A stretch of DNA of 41,968 nt from a virus (taxonomy: Duplodnaviria > Caudoviricetes), in IMG/VR virus record IMGVR_UViG_3300027822_000024, positions 1-41,968 of that record. The stretch is one strand, 5' to 3'. The position numbers were made by a program, and so were the translations under genes. Every line of letters begins with the position of its first letter. Within the stretch, counting starts at the first letter, position 1. Of the stretch, positions 26,801 through 37,376 are shown piece by piece. The notes under the pieces are model-generated. The model worked only from the letters and a program-made list of their open reading frames with translations. It was not told the DNA's origin and did no database searches.

Positions 26801-28487
26801 ACGTCGGGCAGCTGAAGATAATATTAAGCTCTTGATTATGGAAAGAGATGCCGCAGCTGAAGTTTTTAAAGATGCGGAAGCTCATGCAGGACAAGATGTA
26901 GCTGTACCTGGTGCAGAAAAAGCGGCAGAGACCGCACGGGATGAGGTTGCAGCTCTTAATTCTCAAATAGTTATTGCTCAAAAAGAATTTAGCCAGCTGG
27001 CTACGTTACGTCTTTCCGATATGGTTGTTACAGATGTAACAAAGCAAAGGGAATATATTGCAACGTCTCTTGAGCTTCGGAAAAGTCAAATAGATAGGGA
27101 AAAGACTTTAACAATGACCTCGATTAAGCAGGAAGGTAGTTTGCTTGAGGCCAGAAAAAAAGCTGGTTTGATCATTGAGTCTGAGTTTATAGAAGAAAAG
27201 AGAAAGCTTCGGGAGGAAGAATTTGATGCCGAAGAGGCGGCTCTTACTGAGCAAGTAGACCGGTTAAAAGATAAACGTGCTGAGATGCTGAAGATTCCCG
27301 GGGTTAAGGAAACTGATACTCAGATCCGTCAAATGGATAATAGTATTGCCGGTGTTGTTATATCTTTAGCTGCGGTGGAGAAAAAACGTGGGGTCTTTGA
27401 TGAACTGGTTAGTTTAGAGGATATTGATAGAGCTGAGAAGTTACGCAAGGAATTAGAAAAAATAGTTGAAGCTTCAGATAAGGATTTGGCCGATACTGAA
27501 TTTGATTTATCTATCCGAACTCAAGCTCCAAAAAAACAGGATCAGAGCAGAGAGCTTAGGGGTATAAGTTTAGAAAAGGATCAGAAAATTTCTGAGCTTG
27601 GTGAGATGTATGAAGGTGAAGAATTAGATGCAAATGTGGAAAAGGTAAACCAGGCATACGCTCAGATAACAGAAAACGCAGAGTCGAGTTTTGCGCAGCA
27701 GGCTGAGGCCAGTCACGATTTTTGGGGTGGTCTTAGCAGTGGAGTGAATAGTTATTTGGAAGAAGCTTCGGATATCTTTGCTCAAGCCTCTGATTTTGCT
27801 TCGTCTTCTTTTGGGAAAATAGGAGATACTCTTAGTGAGGTTGTTGCCACTGGAAAGGCGGATTTTAAATCTTTACTTCAGTCTGTTATTGCCGATGCTG
27901 CACAAATGTTGCTCAAGTTGGCTTTGGTTAAAGCTATGCAGGCTGCGATAGGTGCTATTGCTGGTGATGGTGGCGGTGGTGCCGCTGGCGGAGGTGCTGG
28001 CGGTGGTAGTGCTGGCGGTGCTGCTGCCGGTGCTGTTGGTAGTGCTATTGGCAGTGCTGCTGGTGGCAGTGGCGGTGGCGGTGCTGGTTGGGTTGGAAGT
28101 TTGGTATCTATTGCAGGTTCTTTATTTGGTAGTGCAGCAAACGGTGCGATTTGGGATGGACATTTTCAACCTTTACAAGAGTTTGCTTCAGGTGCTACGA
28201 ATATAAGTAGACCAACGGTTGGTGTTGTTGGAGAAGGTAAGTATCCAGAGGCGATTGTTCCGCTTCCGGATGGCAGATCTATTCCAGCGCGGGTTGAAGG
28301 TTTAGGGGACAGTATGAATAAAGCGATGGATAAGATAGCCGATAAGATTAATCCCGCCGCAGGCCAAGGGGGAACGAAGATAGTAAATGTTCTTGACCCA
28401 GCAATGGCAAAGGGATACCTTAGTACAAGAGAAGGCGAGAAATTAGTCGTAAATATTATGAGAGAGAATAAAGGAGCACTTGCTTAA
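23835..28487 (+). CDS. Tail tape measure protein
   Basis: 1550 aa helical Ala-rich; TP901-like core; C-terminal FASG...VGEG.YPEAIVPL motif. Confidence 0.93.
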   Translation: MGSGLLLTIKAEDGDLQKIETLLDRIETVLTKPVKADLSKLTAQVAALDKESKEASLSAASMQANFNSLSAKSLKTSQDVAKLTGNLSKNEAVINVLTASFSAYVEALSKSSAHAEKVNAAHAKQRTAAQELLGAMEALSVVERQQLVTDQALVGVTNLLNKEMAVQVELATIEAASKSALIASMKAETVVAAKLLLEKGLISEARFASITGIQKEIPSVDVLAASYTKLAIAEQESTVSLRSNMAAQLGATRIEKRTKLTPASLDSVTNLRAEAAALETRNSALAEGVRLRALKISGSDKELAAIHKNNQALATQARRLGLITKEEYKAAMAQKTFTTTTKQAAFSANKLTSALRGVSGGLGALWLTYGSMLPMLATFATVTAAIKGLKSASSFEYQLKYMVSLGKATKDTTATYENLYDGILAISGVSQGPTELADSVKVLMKAGFDAATALDEVKVIAQLATVAEEGLDEVTSALMSQYRAWSVEMVGPERGLRSLADAANIIGYASLDATLDIKEMLGQFKYTSELAKLSGASFVELAASLGILSDVGITNTKAATSLRTAIKQLQNPTKQTRKLFKDMKIDFDLAAKDGSLLTLTELFSNFSDTIKDLPSADRMKVLNQVFSLRAASAGSMLTAVSIDDLKRIDEQMQLGNFSLAKRVERLKEVQKEGSFVADMYRDLAKTNTVLWEETKAAWEKAAIKGTGTDDLKGLIVSLKDFADSGTVETLSRGVSGLSGFLMGVTEDFVDLLSAPAVVAQSIENIYVSVKDAIIDADETALASINAAELYRKQMAGTLGKDPVQKEGWGEGWFRPPQSKALLQETQDVQRLEKAYGSLEVAVMAAPLDKKIAKVVESLSDLDEQTSALAKNAKKYPNNPKMVESFAKSKAATYSLTKELKILRLEKARMLSDPEAWKAEQEAAEVAIKKTKTAIAEVYKVGESDKITIAKLRQNEQKAQDAFELQMLGDQQRSKQIAEEEHKDKVYQIKRRAAEDNIKLLIMERDAAAEVFKDAEAHAGQDVAVPGAEKAAETARDEVAALNSQIVIAQKEFSQLATLRLSDMVVTDVTKQREYIATSLELRKSQIDREKTLTMTSIKQEGSLLEARKKAGLIIESEFIEEKRKLREEEFDAEEAALTEQVDRLKDKRAEMLKIPGVKETDTQIRQMDNSIAGVVISLAAVEKKRGVFDELVSLEDIDRAEKLRKELEKIVEASDKDLADTEFDLSIRTQAPKKQDQSRELRGISLEKDQKISELGEMYEGEELDANVEKVNQAYAQITENAESSFAQQAEASHDFWGGLSSGVNSYLEEASDIFAQASDFASSSFGKIGDTLSEVVATGKADFKSLLQSVIADAAQMLLKLALVKAMQAAIGAIAGDGGGGAAGGGAGGGSAGGAAAGAVGSAIGSAAGGSGGGGAGWVGSLVSIAGSLFGSAANGAIWDGHFQPLQEFASGATNISRPTVGVVGEGKYPEAIVPLPDGRSIPARVEGLGDSMNKAMDKIADKINPAAGQGGTKIVNVLDPAMAKGYLSTREGEKLVVNIMRENKGALA

Positions 28488-30256
28488 TGTCATTTACAAC
28501 TGTAACAGCTTTTGATTTTTGTGGTGCTTTAGACGCATTGGTGGATTATGCTACAGGTACTATGGTAGAAGGAGAATCGCTTGGAACGCCTGATAGTATT
28601 GAGACTGACTTTTCTGGAACCTTGGCAAATACGAGTGTACATCGGTACGGAGCAGCTATAATTTATGGGACAACAGTTTCGCCTGTTTCAGCCGATGATG
28701 ATTTTTTGACGCTCGATACCACAAGATGGACTATTGATAATGGAACAAATGGTTCTTCAGCTGCAGCGGGGGATTTAGCATTAGAAATAGCTGCGACCGG
28801 TACTACGGATTCCGTTGTATTGACTAGTAACTTTAGAGTTTTTGATAATTGTGAAGTATCTTTTGATTTCAGTGATTTAGCAGGGTTGGCCGATGATGCT
28901 GATGGTGTTGGTATCCGGTTTTCAGTTGATGCAGATAACTATGTGGAGAGTTATGCTGGAATTTATGATGGCGCTAAATTTTTTGGCCAGTCTAATTTTA
29001 GTGGTAATTTGTCAACTATTGTTGCTGCTGATCGTACTTCAGCTTATGGAGGTTTGAAGTTAAAAAGAATAAATACTGTTGTTGAATTCTACGGTAAGGA
29101 TGGGGCAGGTTCTTATGTACTTATAGGAAGTTTTCCTTTACGCAATGGGCGTGAAGTTACTGTTGATATCGAGCTTCATCGAGCAATTGATTCTGGTGTG
29201 TCTGTAACAGTTGATGATTTTGTGGTAACTTCGGGACAAGACCTTTGGACTGATCAGTACGTGGCTTATGCTGATGTTGATGGAATTATTGCTGGAACTG
29301 GAGTAACTGGTTCTATAGCAAAGGATGGCACTTGGTCTCTAATATTTAGTCCTGCGCCGGCAACTGATACTATGTTAGCAATAAATTATAAAGAGTATGT
29401 AACAGACCCTGATAGAGGTGATTGGGAAGTTCGATTGTGGGATAACGCGCGGGATATGTCGAATGCAGAAACTACACATGGTGATGAAACAAGATGTTGT
29501 GTTTTAAAAAGTACAGGGATCTCAGGAGTAGAAGAAATATTTATTGGGATAAGGGAGTGGAAGCAAACCTCAGTATTAAAATGGGGTTGGGCGTTGAATG
29601 TTTATCACAACGATCCCTTAATAATGTGGCATGTTAATCTCGATGGTTTTGACCTGGATGCTTATGATACATACACTAAAACTCCATCGAAAATACCTAT
29701 GGTTCCATTTTCTGACTCAATTCTTCCTGTGTGGTTATATGTTAATAAACAGAGGGTTTTTATGGTGGCGCGATGTTCGGATTCAAGCTATACCTCAGCA
29801 TATATTGGGCTTGCTTATCGTTTAGATCCGCCGTCAAGCTACTTAAGACCAACTATAGCTATTGGGGAACGGTATGATCAGCAGAATTATTCCTATGCTT
29901 CATATAGATTCTCTGCTCATAGAGGTTATAATTCAGTTTCTACAGGAACTTATATGCTTTTGCGCACAACAATTGGTATTTATAAGAATAGGGATATCTA
30001 TATGATTCCTCAACAGGATGATATTGACTTACAGCCGGTTGCTTCTACATATGATGGGTTATTAATGACATGGCCAATCTATATAAAAGAGCAGGAAAAT
30101 GATGTTTTACTTGTTCAATTAGATGGGGTGTTTGTTGCAAGGGGGCAATCGTTAACAGCGGAAAGTACTTTTGTTCAAGGAAGCAAAACATATCGAATTT
30201 TCCACGGCGGAGCGGATGGTGCGGTTTATAATTTTTATGCTGTGGAGGAGGTTTAA
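28487..30256 (+). CDS. Virion structural protein (tail-associated)
   Basis: 589 aa beta-rich, translationally coupled to the tape measure gene. Confidence 0.65.
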   Translation: MSFTTVTAFDFCGALDALVDYATGTMVEGESLGTPDSIETDFSGTLANTSVHRYGAAIIYGTTVSPVSADDDFLTLDTTRWTIDNGTNGSSAAAGDLALEIAATGTTDSVVLTSNFRVFDNCEVSFDFSDLAGLADDADGVGIRFSVDADNYVESYAGIYDGAKFFGQSNFSGNLSTIVAADRTSAYGGLKLKRINTVVEFYGKDGAGSYVLIGSFPLRNGREVTVDIELHRAIDSGVSVTVDDFVVTSGQDLWTDQYVAYADVDGIIAGTGVTGSIAKDGTWSLIFSPAPATDTMLAINYKEYVTDPDRGDWEVRLWDNARDMSNAETTHGDETRCCVLKSTGISGVEEIFIGIREWKQTSVLKWGWALNVYHNDPLIMWHVNLDGFDLDAYDTYTKTPSKIPMVPFSDSILPVWLYVNKQRVFMVARCSDSSYTSAYIGLAYRLDPPSSYLRPTIAIGERYDQQNYSYASYRFSAHRGYNSVSTGTYMLLRTTIGIYKNRDIYMIPQQDDIDLQPVASTYDGLLMTWPIYIKEQENDVLLVQLDGVFVARGQSLTAESTFVQGSKTYRIFHGGADGAVYNFYAVEEV

Positions 30257-31347
30257 TGCTTTACTCTAATTATGAGATACACACTAATATAAACGGAATA
30301 ACAGACGTTATTACAAAGCTTAGAACGTTTGCAGTAGCCGCAGGTTGGACAGAATCAGGTTTCCGTTCTGGTGAGCGTTATGAGCAGAAAACAATACCTT
30401 ATGGTTTTCAAGGAACTGCAGATCCGTACTATTCTCTTTTTTTTCTGAGTTCACCTGGGTGGGGTGGAGCGCAAGATCTTCTTTTTTTGTTCATGTCTCA
30501 TAACTATCACCAGAGTGATATTGCTTATCACCCTCGTGGCGGGGTAGCAGGTCACGACTCTACGGATTATGTTTTTGGTTTGGGATCTGTAAAGAATACA
30601 ATTTATACTGAGACAGGAAACGCAAGAGCACCTTGGCATCAGGATTCAGATAATTCCTTTGAATTTTGTAATAGTTATCAGAGTGGTACAGGAGGACTTC
30701 GAATAATACATGATTCGGTTATCCCAAAGATGTACTTGTTTGGAGATGATAAGTTTATTTGGATGACGATAACACATGATAATTTTTATCATCAACATTT
30801 TTGCTTTGGTTCTGTTGTTCCGTTAGATGCAACGATGCCTATTAATAAAAATTTGTCTTTTAGAGGGTTTTCGATTGTTACTGATGTTGGTGGGGTTTCT
30901 ACATATCCATGGGAGGCATATAAAACATTTTTATCGCCCTACTCTATTAGACCATATAATTCTCTTTTTTACTTTTCTGATGCATATAATTCTCAACAAA
31001 CCATGGGAAAAGTAATATGGAATGATGAATATTTAAGTCTTGTCTATGAGAATCATTACTGGTCCAAAGGAGAGGTTAAGTATGGTTCATCATTGTCACA
31101 TCCGAATTTTGAAGATTTAAAAATATCAAAAACGGTCGGTGGTCGTTATCATCTTATGAAGACTGTATATTCTGGAGTACGCCCTGCAGATAGTTTTGTT
31201 CAACCTTTCGCAACAACACCTTTTTATAGTTGCAATTGCGTAGGTGAAACTCCTGGAACAGTTCTTGAGTACGGAAGTGATAAGTTTATGATTCTTCCTG
31301 ATGGAACTTTAGAGTCAAACCGATGGTTTGCAATCAGAATCCAATAA
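30256..31347 (+). CDS. Virion structural protein (tail-associated)
   Basis: 363 aa; LRTFAVAAGWT start; coupled by TAATG. Confidence 0.65.
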   Translation: MLYSNYEIHTNINGITDVITKLRTFAVAAGWTESGFRSGERYEQKTIPYGFQGTADPYYSLFFLSSPGWGGAQDLLFLFMSHNYHQSDIAYHPRGGVAGHDSTDYVFGLGSVKNTIYTETGNARAPWHQDSDNSFEFCNSYQSGTGGLRIIHDSVIPKMYLFGDDKFIWMTITHDNFYHQHFCFGSVVPLDATMPINKNLSFRGFSIVTDVGGVSTYPWEAYKTFLSPYSIRPYNSLFYFSDAYNSQQTMGKVIWNDEYLSLVYENHYWSKGEVKYGSSLSHPNFEDLKISKTVGGRYHLMKTVYSGVRPADSFVQPFATTPFYSCNCVGETPGTVLEYGSDKFMILPDGTLESNRWFAIRIQ

Positions 31348-31369
31348 ATTTAGAGAGGGGAGATGTTAA

Positions 31370-32197
31370 ATGGGAGGATTATCTGATTTTGCAACAACAG
31401 AATTAGTAGACCATGTTTTTAAAGCTGCATACACGCCTATCGCAACACTTTATTTATGTTTGTGTACAGCTGCGCCTACGGCAGCGAGCACAGGGGCAAC
31501 TATTACAGAAACGGATTACACGAATTATGTAAGAAAGTCGTTTACCGCGTCTTCTTTTGGGGTTGCGGCTTCAAGAGCTATTACGCAAATTCTTGATATT
31601 AGTTTTGCTCAGGCAGGTGGCTCAAGTACGAGTGATATAACTCATTATGCTATTTGCGATGCTTCTACAGATGGCAATATGCTGGCATTTGGCTCCTTTA
31701 ATTCGGCTTGGGGTGTGGCCAATGGGAATATTCCTACTATAAGTTCTGGAAAGATTATTATTACGATTGGTGCAAGCTCTGGTGCTGGGTTTACTGATAT
31801 TGCTGTACATAAAATGCTTAATCTTATGTTTAGAAATGTTGCATGGACAAGCCCAAACGCAGCAATTCACTTTGGTCTTACTACAGCAACAATCTCAGAT
31901 ACCGATTCCATGGGAGATATCACAGAATGTTCTGGTGGTAGTTATGCAAGAGAACCGGTTCCGTCTGCGAGTATAGACGCTGCTTCAGCAGGTGTTACTA
32001 CAAACAATACAGCAATTACTTTTGACACGGCTACGGGTTCGTGGGGGCTTGTGACCAGTATGTTTGTTGTCAACGACTTGTCTGGAACTGGTGGAGATTT
32101 ATTTATTTTTGACAACGATAACGTTGTTGATCAGACACCAACGACAGATGATATAGTACAGTTTGCAATTGGAGCTTTTGACATAGACTTAGATTAA
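31370..32197 (+). CDS. Virion structural protein, two tandem domains related to 37377..37784
   Basis: LSDFATTELVDHVF...YVR and FTDIAVHKMLNLMF...YAR repeats. Confidence 0.7.
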   Translation: MGGLSDFATTELVDHVFKAAYTPIATLYLCLCTAAPTAASTGATITETDYTNYVRKSFTASSFGVAASRAITQILDISFAQAGGSSTSDITHYAICDASTDGNMLAFGSFNSAWGVANGNIPTISSGKIIITIGASSGAGFTDIAVHKMLNLMFRNVAWTSPNAAIHFGLTTATISDTDSMGDITECSGGSYAREPVPSASIDAASAGVTTNNTAITFDTATGSWGLVTSMFVVNDLSGTGGDLFIFDNDNVVDQTPTTDDIVQFAIGAFDIDLD

Positions 32198-32210
32198 GGA
32201 ACAGTAACTC

Positions 32211-34112
32211 ATGGCGACACGTTCGATAATTGCTGATATTAATAATCTTTCGAGTAGTTCTGGTATTGACTCGAAGGTTGCCAGATCTTTAGTTGCTGAT
32301 ATTACCAACCTTTCAAGCGGCTCTAATATCGATCCGTCTGGTACAAGCTTATGGTTATCAGGGGATACCACACTTGGTATTACCTCGGATTCTTTAGCAA
32401 AGCTTAGTTTTTTGACTCGCATACCCAGTGCATATTTTGCTGATGTTTTTGGTATTTTTTTGTTAATGGGAGAATCTTTAGCTTTGGCAGTCAATTCTGC
32501 TGTAGATCTTGATGTTATATGCGAGAAGTTTGACTTGAAGACAGGAAATGGTTACAATAACCGTGAGAGTGCTGATATTCAAACTTCTGTGGTTTTATCT
32601 GGTTTACCTAATTATGCTATGGATTTTGTTTATAATCGTATTTGGCTTGAACCAAACCCATTTGACGCTGAGTTTATAGTTGCAGATGTGGTAGAAGATA
32701 CTCATATGTGGAATGCTTATCTTGAATCGACTCTAACTCTTGATTATATTACAATCACTGGAGTAGGCGGAGTTTCTTTTGTTGGTCTTGCTGAGACTGA
32801 TGTTTTTTCCTCAACAAGGGAAATAGATTTTTCAACTATACTCAACTTGGTGGGTGATCCTATTGTTGATAATACAGTTACTTTCACTTTCTCAAACGGG
32901 GATATTATTGTTTTTCTTGTTTTGGGTACAAGAGTCATGATCTTTCCCTACCCTCCGCAAACTGATGCTGTTTATACCGAAACATATTCTTGGCTTACCG
33001 ATATACTGCGAAAATTTAATGGCAAGGAACAGCGAATAAGGAATAGGTTGGACCCAAGAATTACTAAGGAAATAACAACATTTCCAACTACTTTATTTGA
33101 TCAGTCCACACTTAACCAGTTATTATCTGGTTGGCAACCGAATTTGTTTGGGGTTCCTATTTGGAGTGAAGAAAGAAAAACAACAGTTGCGCACAATGCA
33201 GGAGATAGCGTAATTACAATTAATACGGACTATGGGGAGTTTTCTGTTGGTTGGACAGCATTTATTATCGACAGTCTTCAGAACTTTGAGGTACTTAATG
33301 TTATAAGTGTGGAAACTGGGTCTGTTACTTTGGAGACAGGTTATTCCTTGGTCAATAGTTATGTTGCCGGAGCTACGGTTGTGCCTATTCATCTTTGTAA
33401 AATGCAACCCAATTTTGAGCGGACTACATTTGTAAGCGGATTTTCAAAAAATAAAGTGCTTTTTGATTATTATCCAGACACATATGAGCATTCATTTACA
33501 GCTTTTACTCAGTATAAAACTTATGACTTAGTAGAAATGCGAACTGCGGTTTCAGGTGGCTGGACAGAAAGATCCGAACGATTAATGCATCTTTTAGACC
33601 CTTTAACAGGAGTTGTTGATTACCGAGATCGTTTTGGTTACCCTGATGAAATTTTTTCTCTTTCTTTTTATCTTAATAGTCGGTCTAAGATTTGGGATTT
33701 TAAAGGCTGGCTTGCGAGTTTGGCAGGAAAGATAAAACCTTTTTGGGTTCCTACATGGCGTGATGATTTTACAATGACGCAGGAACTTCCACAGAGCCAA
33801 ACTGTTATGACTGTCCGTAATACGGGATATAGTCGTCTTACAAAGCAGAACCCGTATCGGTCACATTTATATTTAAAACATATGGATGGTTCAAGTTATA
33901 TGGCCCAGATTATTGATAGCGAGGAACTCAGTGTTACTGAGGAAACAATTACGTTGGATACTTCCTGGGGATTCGATGTTAATGTTGGAGATTTTACGCT
34001 TATATCCTTTTTAAATTCAGTTCGGTTAGCAAATGATGAAGTGAACATTCAATATACAGATGCGAACGAAGCTGTTTGTTCGATGTCAGTGCAGGTGATA
34101 GATGTCTTATAG
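32211..34112 (+). CDS. Tail tip / distal tail-like protein
   Basis: ETYSWLTDIL...EQRIRNR..PR and G...PFWVPTW motifs. Confidence 0.7.
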   Translation: MATRSIIADINNLSSSSGIDSKVARSLVADITNLSSGSNIDPSGTSLWLSGDTTLGITSDSLAKLSFLTRIPSAYFADVFGIFLLMGESLALAVNSAVDLDVICEKFDLKTGNGYNNRESADIQTSVVLSGLPNYAMDFVYNRIWLEPNPFDAEFIVADVVEDTHMWNAYLESTLTLDYITITGVGGVSFVGLAETDVFSSTREIDFSTILNLVGDPIVDNTVTFTFSNGDIIVFLVLGTRVMIFPYPPQTDAVYTETYSWLTDILRKFNGKEQRIRNRLDPRITKEITTFPTTLFDQSTLNQLLSGWQPNLFGVPIWSEERKTTVAHNAGDSVITINTDYGEFSVGWTAFIIDSLQNFEVLNVISVETGSVTLETGYSLVNSYVAGATVVPIHLCKMQPNFERTTFVSGFSKNKVLFDYYPDTYEHSFTAFTQYKTYDLVEMRTAVSGGWTERSERLMHLLDPLTGVVDYRDRFGYPDEIFSLSFYLNSRSKIWDFKGWLASLAGKIKPFWVPTWRDDFTMTQELPQSQTVMTVRNTGYSRLTKQNPYRSHLYLKHMDGSSYMAQIIDSEELSVTEETITLDTSWGFDVNVGDFTLISFLNSVRLANDEVNIQYTDANEAVCSMSVQVIDVL

Positions 34113-34899
34113 TGCAATAGAAACTTCGGTTCATAGTGGTGCTCCTGCTGAGCTTTACCTTTTCAGTTATAATGGGCAATTGTATGGCTATACAAGCGCA
34201 ACAAGAGCCTTAACAATAGCATCTCAACTTTATATGCCAATGCCTATGGAAAGAACAAAAATCCGTTGGACAACAAAGCTTACAGGGGGTAAATTGCTTT
34301 TAGATGTTCCTGTGAATTTTCCTATGGCTTTACTTTTTGATGGGTTTCCTCCTGAATCGCCGGTTAATTTAACTGTTTATCGTTATCATATAACGGATGC
34401 AGATGAGGAATTTATTATTATATGGGTGGGACGAGTAAGGGGTGCTTCGTGGCAAGAAACTAAAGCGGTTTTATCTTGTGATAGTTTTGCCACAACGTTA
34501 AATAAAACAGGACCGCGTCTTCAGTTTCAATATATGTGTAATCATGTTTTGTATGGACTTCAGTGTGGTGTTTCTGAGGCAACATTTTCAACAAATATAA
34601 CTCTTACTTCTATTTCTGGATTGAATCTTTATTCAATAGGATTTGCGAGTTATGATGATGGATGGTTTACTGGTGGTTATTTTAGGTTCAACAATAAGTA
34701 CCGAATGATTACTTCTCATGTAGGAGATCGAATTACCGTTACGGCTTTGATAGATCAATTGGCAGATGGTTCAGTAATAACTGTCAGTGCTGGGTGCGAT
34801 CATAATTTTAGTACCTGTGTGAGTAAATTTTCAAACAATCGCAGATATGGTGGATATCCTTTTGTACCAAACCGAAACCCGTTTGTTGTAGGATTATAA
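34102..34899 (+). CDS. Tail hub protein, BR0599/DUF2163-like with four-Cys cluster
   Basis: CNHVLYGLQC...AGCDH...C..KF.N...YGGYPFVP. Confidence 0.85.
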   Translation: MSYSAIETSVHSGAPAELYLFSYNGQLYGYTSATRALTIASQLYMPMPMERTKIRWTTKLTGGKLLLDVPVNFPMALLFDGFPPESPVNLTVYRYHITDADEEFIIIWVGRVRGASWQETKAVLSCDSFATTLNKTGPRLQFQYMCNHVLYGLQCGVSEATFSTNITLTSISGLNLYSIGFASYDDGWFTGGYFRFNNKYRMITSHVGDRITVTALIDQLADGSVITVSAGCDHNFSTCVSKFSNNRRYGGYPFVPNRNPFVVGL

Positions 34900-34901
34900 A
34901 A

Positions 34902-37328
34902 ATGACAGTCTTAGTTACACTTATAATTTCATTAGTTTTAATGGTAGTTTCAGAGCTTTTAAGGCCAAAACCGGATATAGAAGACGCAAAGGCCGCTGGA
35001 TTGGGAGATTTTGATTTTCCTACAGTTTCTGAGTCTAGACCGGTTCCTTGTGTTTGGGGTTTAGTTGAATTAAAAGCACCGAATGTAATTTGGTATGGTG
35101 ATTTAGAGGTAGTTCCTATTGAAGAGAAAATCAGAACTGGGTGGTTTTCGAAAAAAACGGTAAAAATAGGGTATGAATATCACATGGGAATGCATTTTGC
35201 GTTGTGTTCCGGTAAATCCGCTATGGAAAGGATTTTCTTTGACGAACGTTCTCTATGGTCAGGAAATGCCAATGCGGATACATCTTATAGTATAAATAAA
35301 CCAAGTTTCCATAAAGGGGACGATGCTGGTGGGGTTAAGGGTACTTTTTATTTTAAACCAGGGGATCCCAATGCAAGCACTCAAAACGGTTATCTTTTAA
35401 GTAAAGTTAGCGCTAATTATCCAGACCATTACGGAATTACAGCTGTTATTTTTAGGCATGTATATATTGGAAATAGCCCCACGATTGGGAGGATGTCTTT
35501 TTTTGTGCGTAGACTTCCGACTGCACCCTCCGCGACTTATGCTGATATTAATGGTTATGCAAACGCAGCTAATATGATTTATGAGATCGTTACTAATAAA
35601 GAATGGGGAGCTGCTTTATCACCCTCGCTTATCGGTTTAGATAGTTTTAATGGTGTAGCAGAAACGCTTTACAATGAAGATTTTGGTCTTAGTATGCAGT
35701 GGGACAATAGAAAATCGTATGAGGATCTGGTTGAAGAAATACTCAGGCATGTGGATGGGGTGATGTATTATGATATTCTTACAGGTTTGTTTAAACTTAA
35801 ACTGCTGAGACCTGATTACACGATCGCAGAGTTGCCTCTATTCGACGAATCAAATATAATTGCTCTTAAAGAATGTTCTAAACCAAGTTATGAAGAAACT
35901 GCTAATGAGCTGCATGTAGTGTATTATGATGCCCTTGAAAGAAAGGAACGAACTGTTATTGCTCATGATACAGGTAACTTGCAGATGCAAGGTACTATCA
36001 TTAGTGTTGAGAAAAAATACTCCGGAATTTGTACTAATGCTGTTGCGGGAAAAGTTGCAGTTCGTGACATGAAAGTATTATCCACACCTGTATTAAAAGT
36101 TAGTTTTTATTGCGATAGAGATGCTTTTAACCTTACACCTGGGGATCCTTTTCTATTTTCTTGGTCTGATCGTGGTATTGCTGAGGCTATTCTTAGAGTT
36201 GTCGAGATTGATCTTGGTTCATTAACTGATAGTAGAATTTATATTGATGCTGTTGAAGATGTAAGCAGCGGGGAAAGCGCTATTTATGATGGCAGTGGTA
36301 CGTCTGGAGCTATAGTAGCTGATGATAGTCCTATCGATATAGTTACTTACTTACAAATTGAAGCTCCTTATGTTTTACGTAGCCTTGCAGGTTATGTAGA
36401 AGAATCCGAAGCAGAAGCGGATATGGCAGTTCAGTTGTATTTAGCTATAACTCCATCGAATTATACGAAGGAGTATGATTTTTACGAAAAAAGTACAGAC
36501 GGTATTTATTCATTACATACAAGTGACGGTAGTTTTGGACCCACAGCAATTATTTACGAAGCACCTGGTTTAGTGCAAGAGGTTCTAACATCTTCTTTTA
36601 CTGCTGAGGTTGAGTCCATGTTATCTTTGTGGGATTTAGAAGATATATCCGCGCGAGAATTAAGTGGGTTACTTTATTGTGATGGGGAATTTATGTCTTA
36701 TGAATCAGCTGTCATAACAGATGATGTTTACATAACTTTTACTAATCTTCATAGAGGTTTATTGGATACTGTACCTGCTGTACATAGTTCGATTGGGACC
36801 CGTATTTGGTGTGTTTCATGGGCTGCTCAATTGAATAAACGTTTTGATGCCACTGGCAGTGTTACGACCGTAGCACAACCGGAATCAACCGGAGGCATTT
36901 TAGAGTTATCCTCCTGCACATCAAGGACAATAACCTTTGATTCTAGAGGTTTAAGACCGTATCCTCCTGGGAATTGGCAGTTAGAAGGTTCTCATTATCC
37001 TGTTAATTTTACAGGTGATTTACTTGTTGATTGGAACCATAGAAATCGAGAACTCAATACGGCTGAAGCCTGGTATCAAACCGATGGCGATGTAGGTTCT
37101 GCTGAAGCAGGGACAACTTATGAGTTAAAATTTTATAATACAAATGGCGATGCGTTATTGCGTACAGTATCCGGTTTGACGGGTATAACTTATACTTACA
37201 CAGAAGTAGATCAATTGGCAGATAATGGAGGTGTTACGCTTCCTCCAGGGTTGAGAGTAACAATGACCAGCAGTTGCAACGGGTATACAGGTTTGCAAAC
37301 TCATGATTGGACAACAATACGAAGTTAA
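34902..37328 (+). CDS. Central tail tip protein
   Basis: DFDFPT..E.RPVP.VWG, PNVIWYGD, NAANMIYE, RGLLDTVPA.H, R.LRPYPP motifs. Confidence 0.85.
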   Translation: MTVLVTLIISLVLMVVSELLRPKPDIEDAKAAGLGDFDFPTVSESRPVPCVWGLVELKAPNVIWYGDLEVVPIEEKIRTGWFSKKTVKIGYEYHMGMHFALCSGKSAMERIFFDERSLWSGNANADTSYSINKPSFHKGDDAGGVKGTFYFKPGDPNASTQNGYLLSKVSANYPDHYGITAVIFRHVYIGNSPTIGRMSFFVRRLPTAPSATYADINGYANAANMIYEIVTNKEWGAALSPSLIGLDSFNGVAETLYNEDFGLSMQWDNRKSYEDLVEEILRHVDGVMYYDILTGLFKLKLLRPDYTIAELPLFDESNIIALKECSKPSYEETANELHVVYYDALERKERTVIAHDTGNLQMQGTIISVEKKYSGICTNAVAGKVAVRDMKVLSTPVLKVSFYCDRDAFNLTPGDPFLFSWSDRGIAEAILRVVEIDLGSLTDSRIYIDAVEDVSSGESAIYDGSGTSGAIVADDSPIDIVTYLQIEAPYVLRSLAGYVEESEAEADMAVQLYLAITPSNYTKEYDFYEKSTDGIYSLHTSDGSFGPTAIIYEAPGLVQEVLTSSFTAEVESMLSLWDLEDISARELSGLLYCDGEFMSYESAVITDDVYITFTNLHRGLLDTVPAVHSSIGTRIWCVSWAAQLNKRFDATGSVTTVAQPESTGGILELSSCTSRTITFDSRGLRPYPPGNWQLEGSHYPVNFTGDLLVDWNHRNRELNTAEAWYQTDGDVGSAEAGTTYELKFYNTNGDALLRTVSGLTGITYTYTEVDQLADNGGVTLPPGLRVTMTSSCNGYTGLQTHDWTTIRS

Positions 37329-37376
37329 AATATTTGTTTTCTTGTAAGTTTTTTATCAAATTGTTAAGGGATAGAT

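Noticed and set aside
27955-28090. Gly/Ala-rich GC-rich tract in the tape measure gene
   Set aside because: In-frame low-complexity linker, common near tape measure C-termini.
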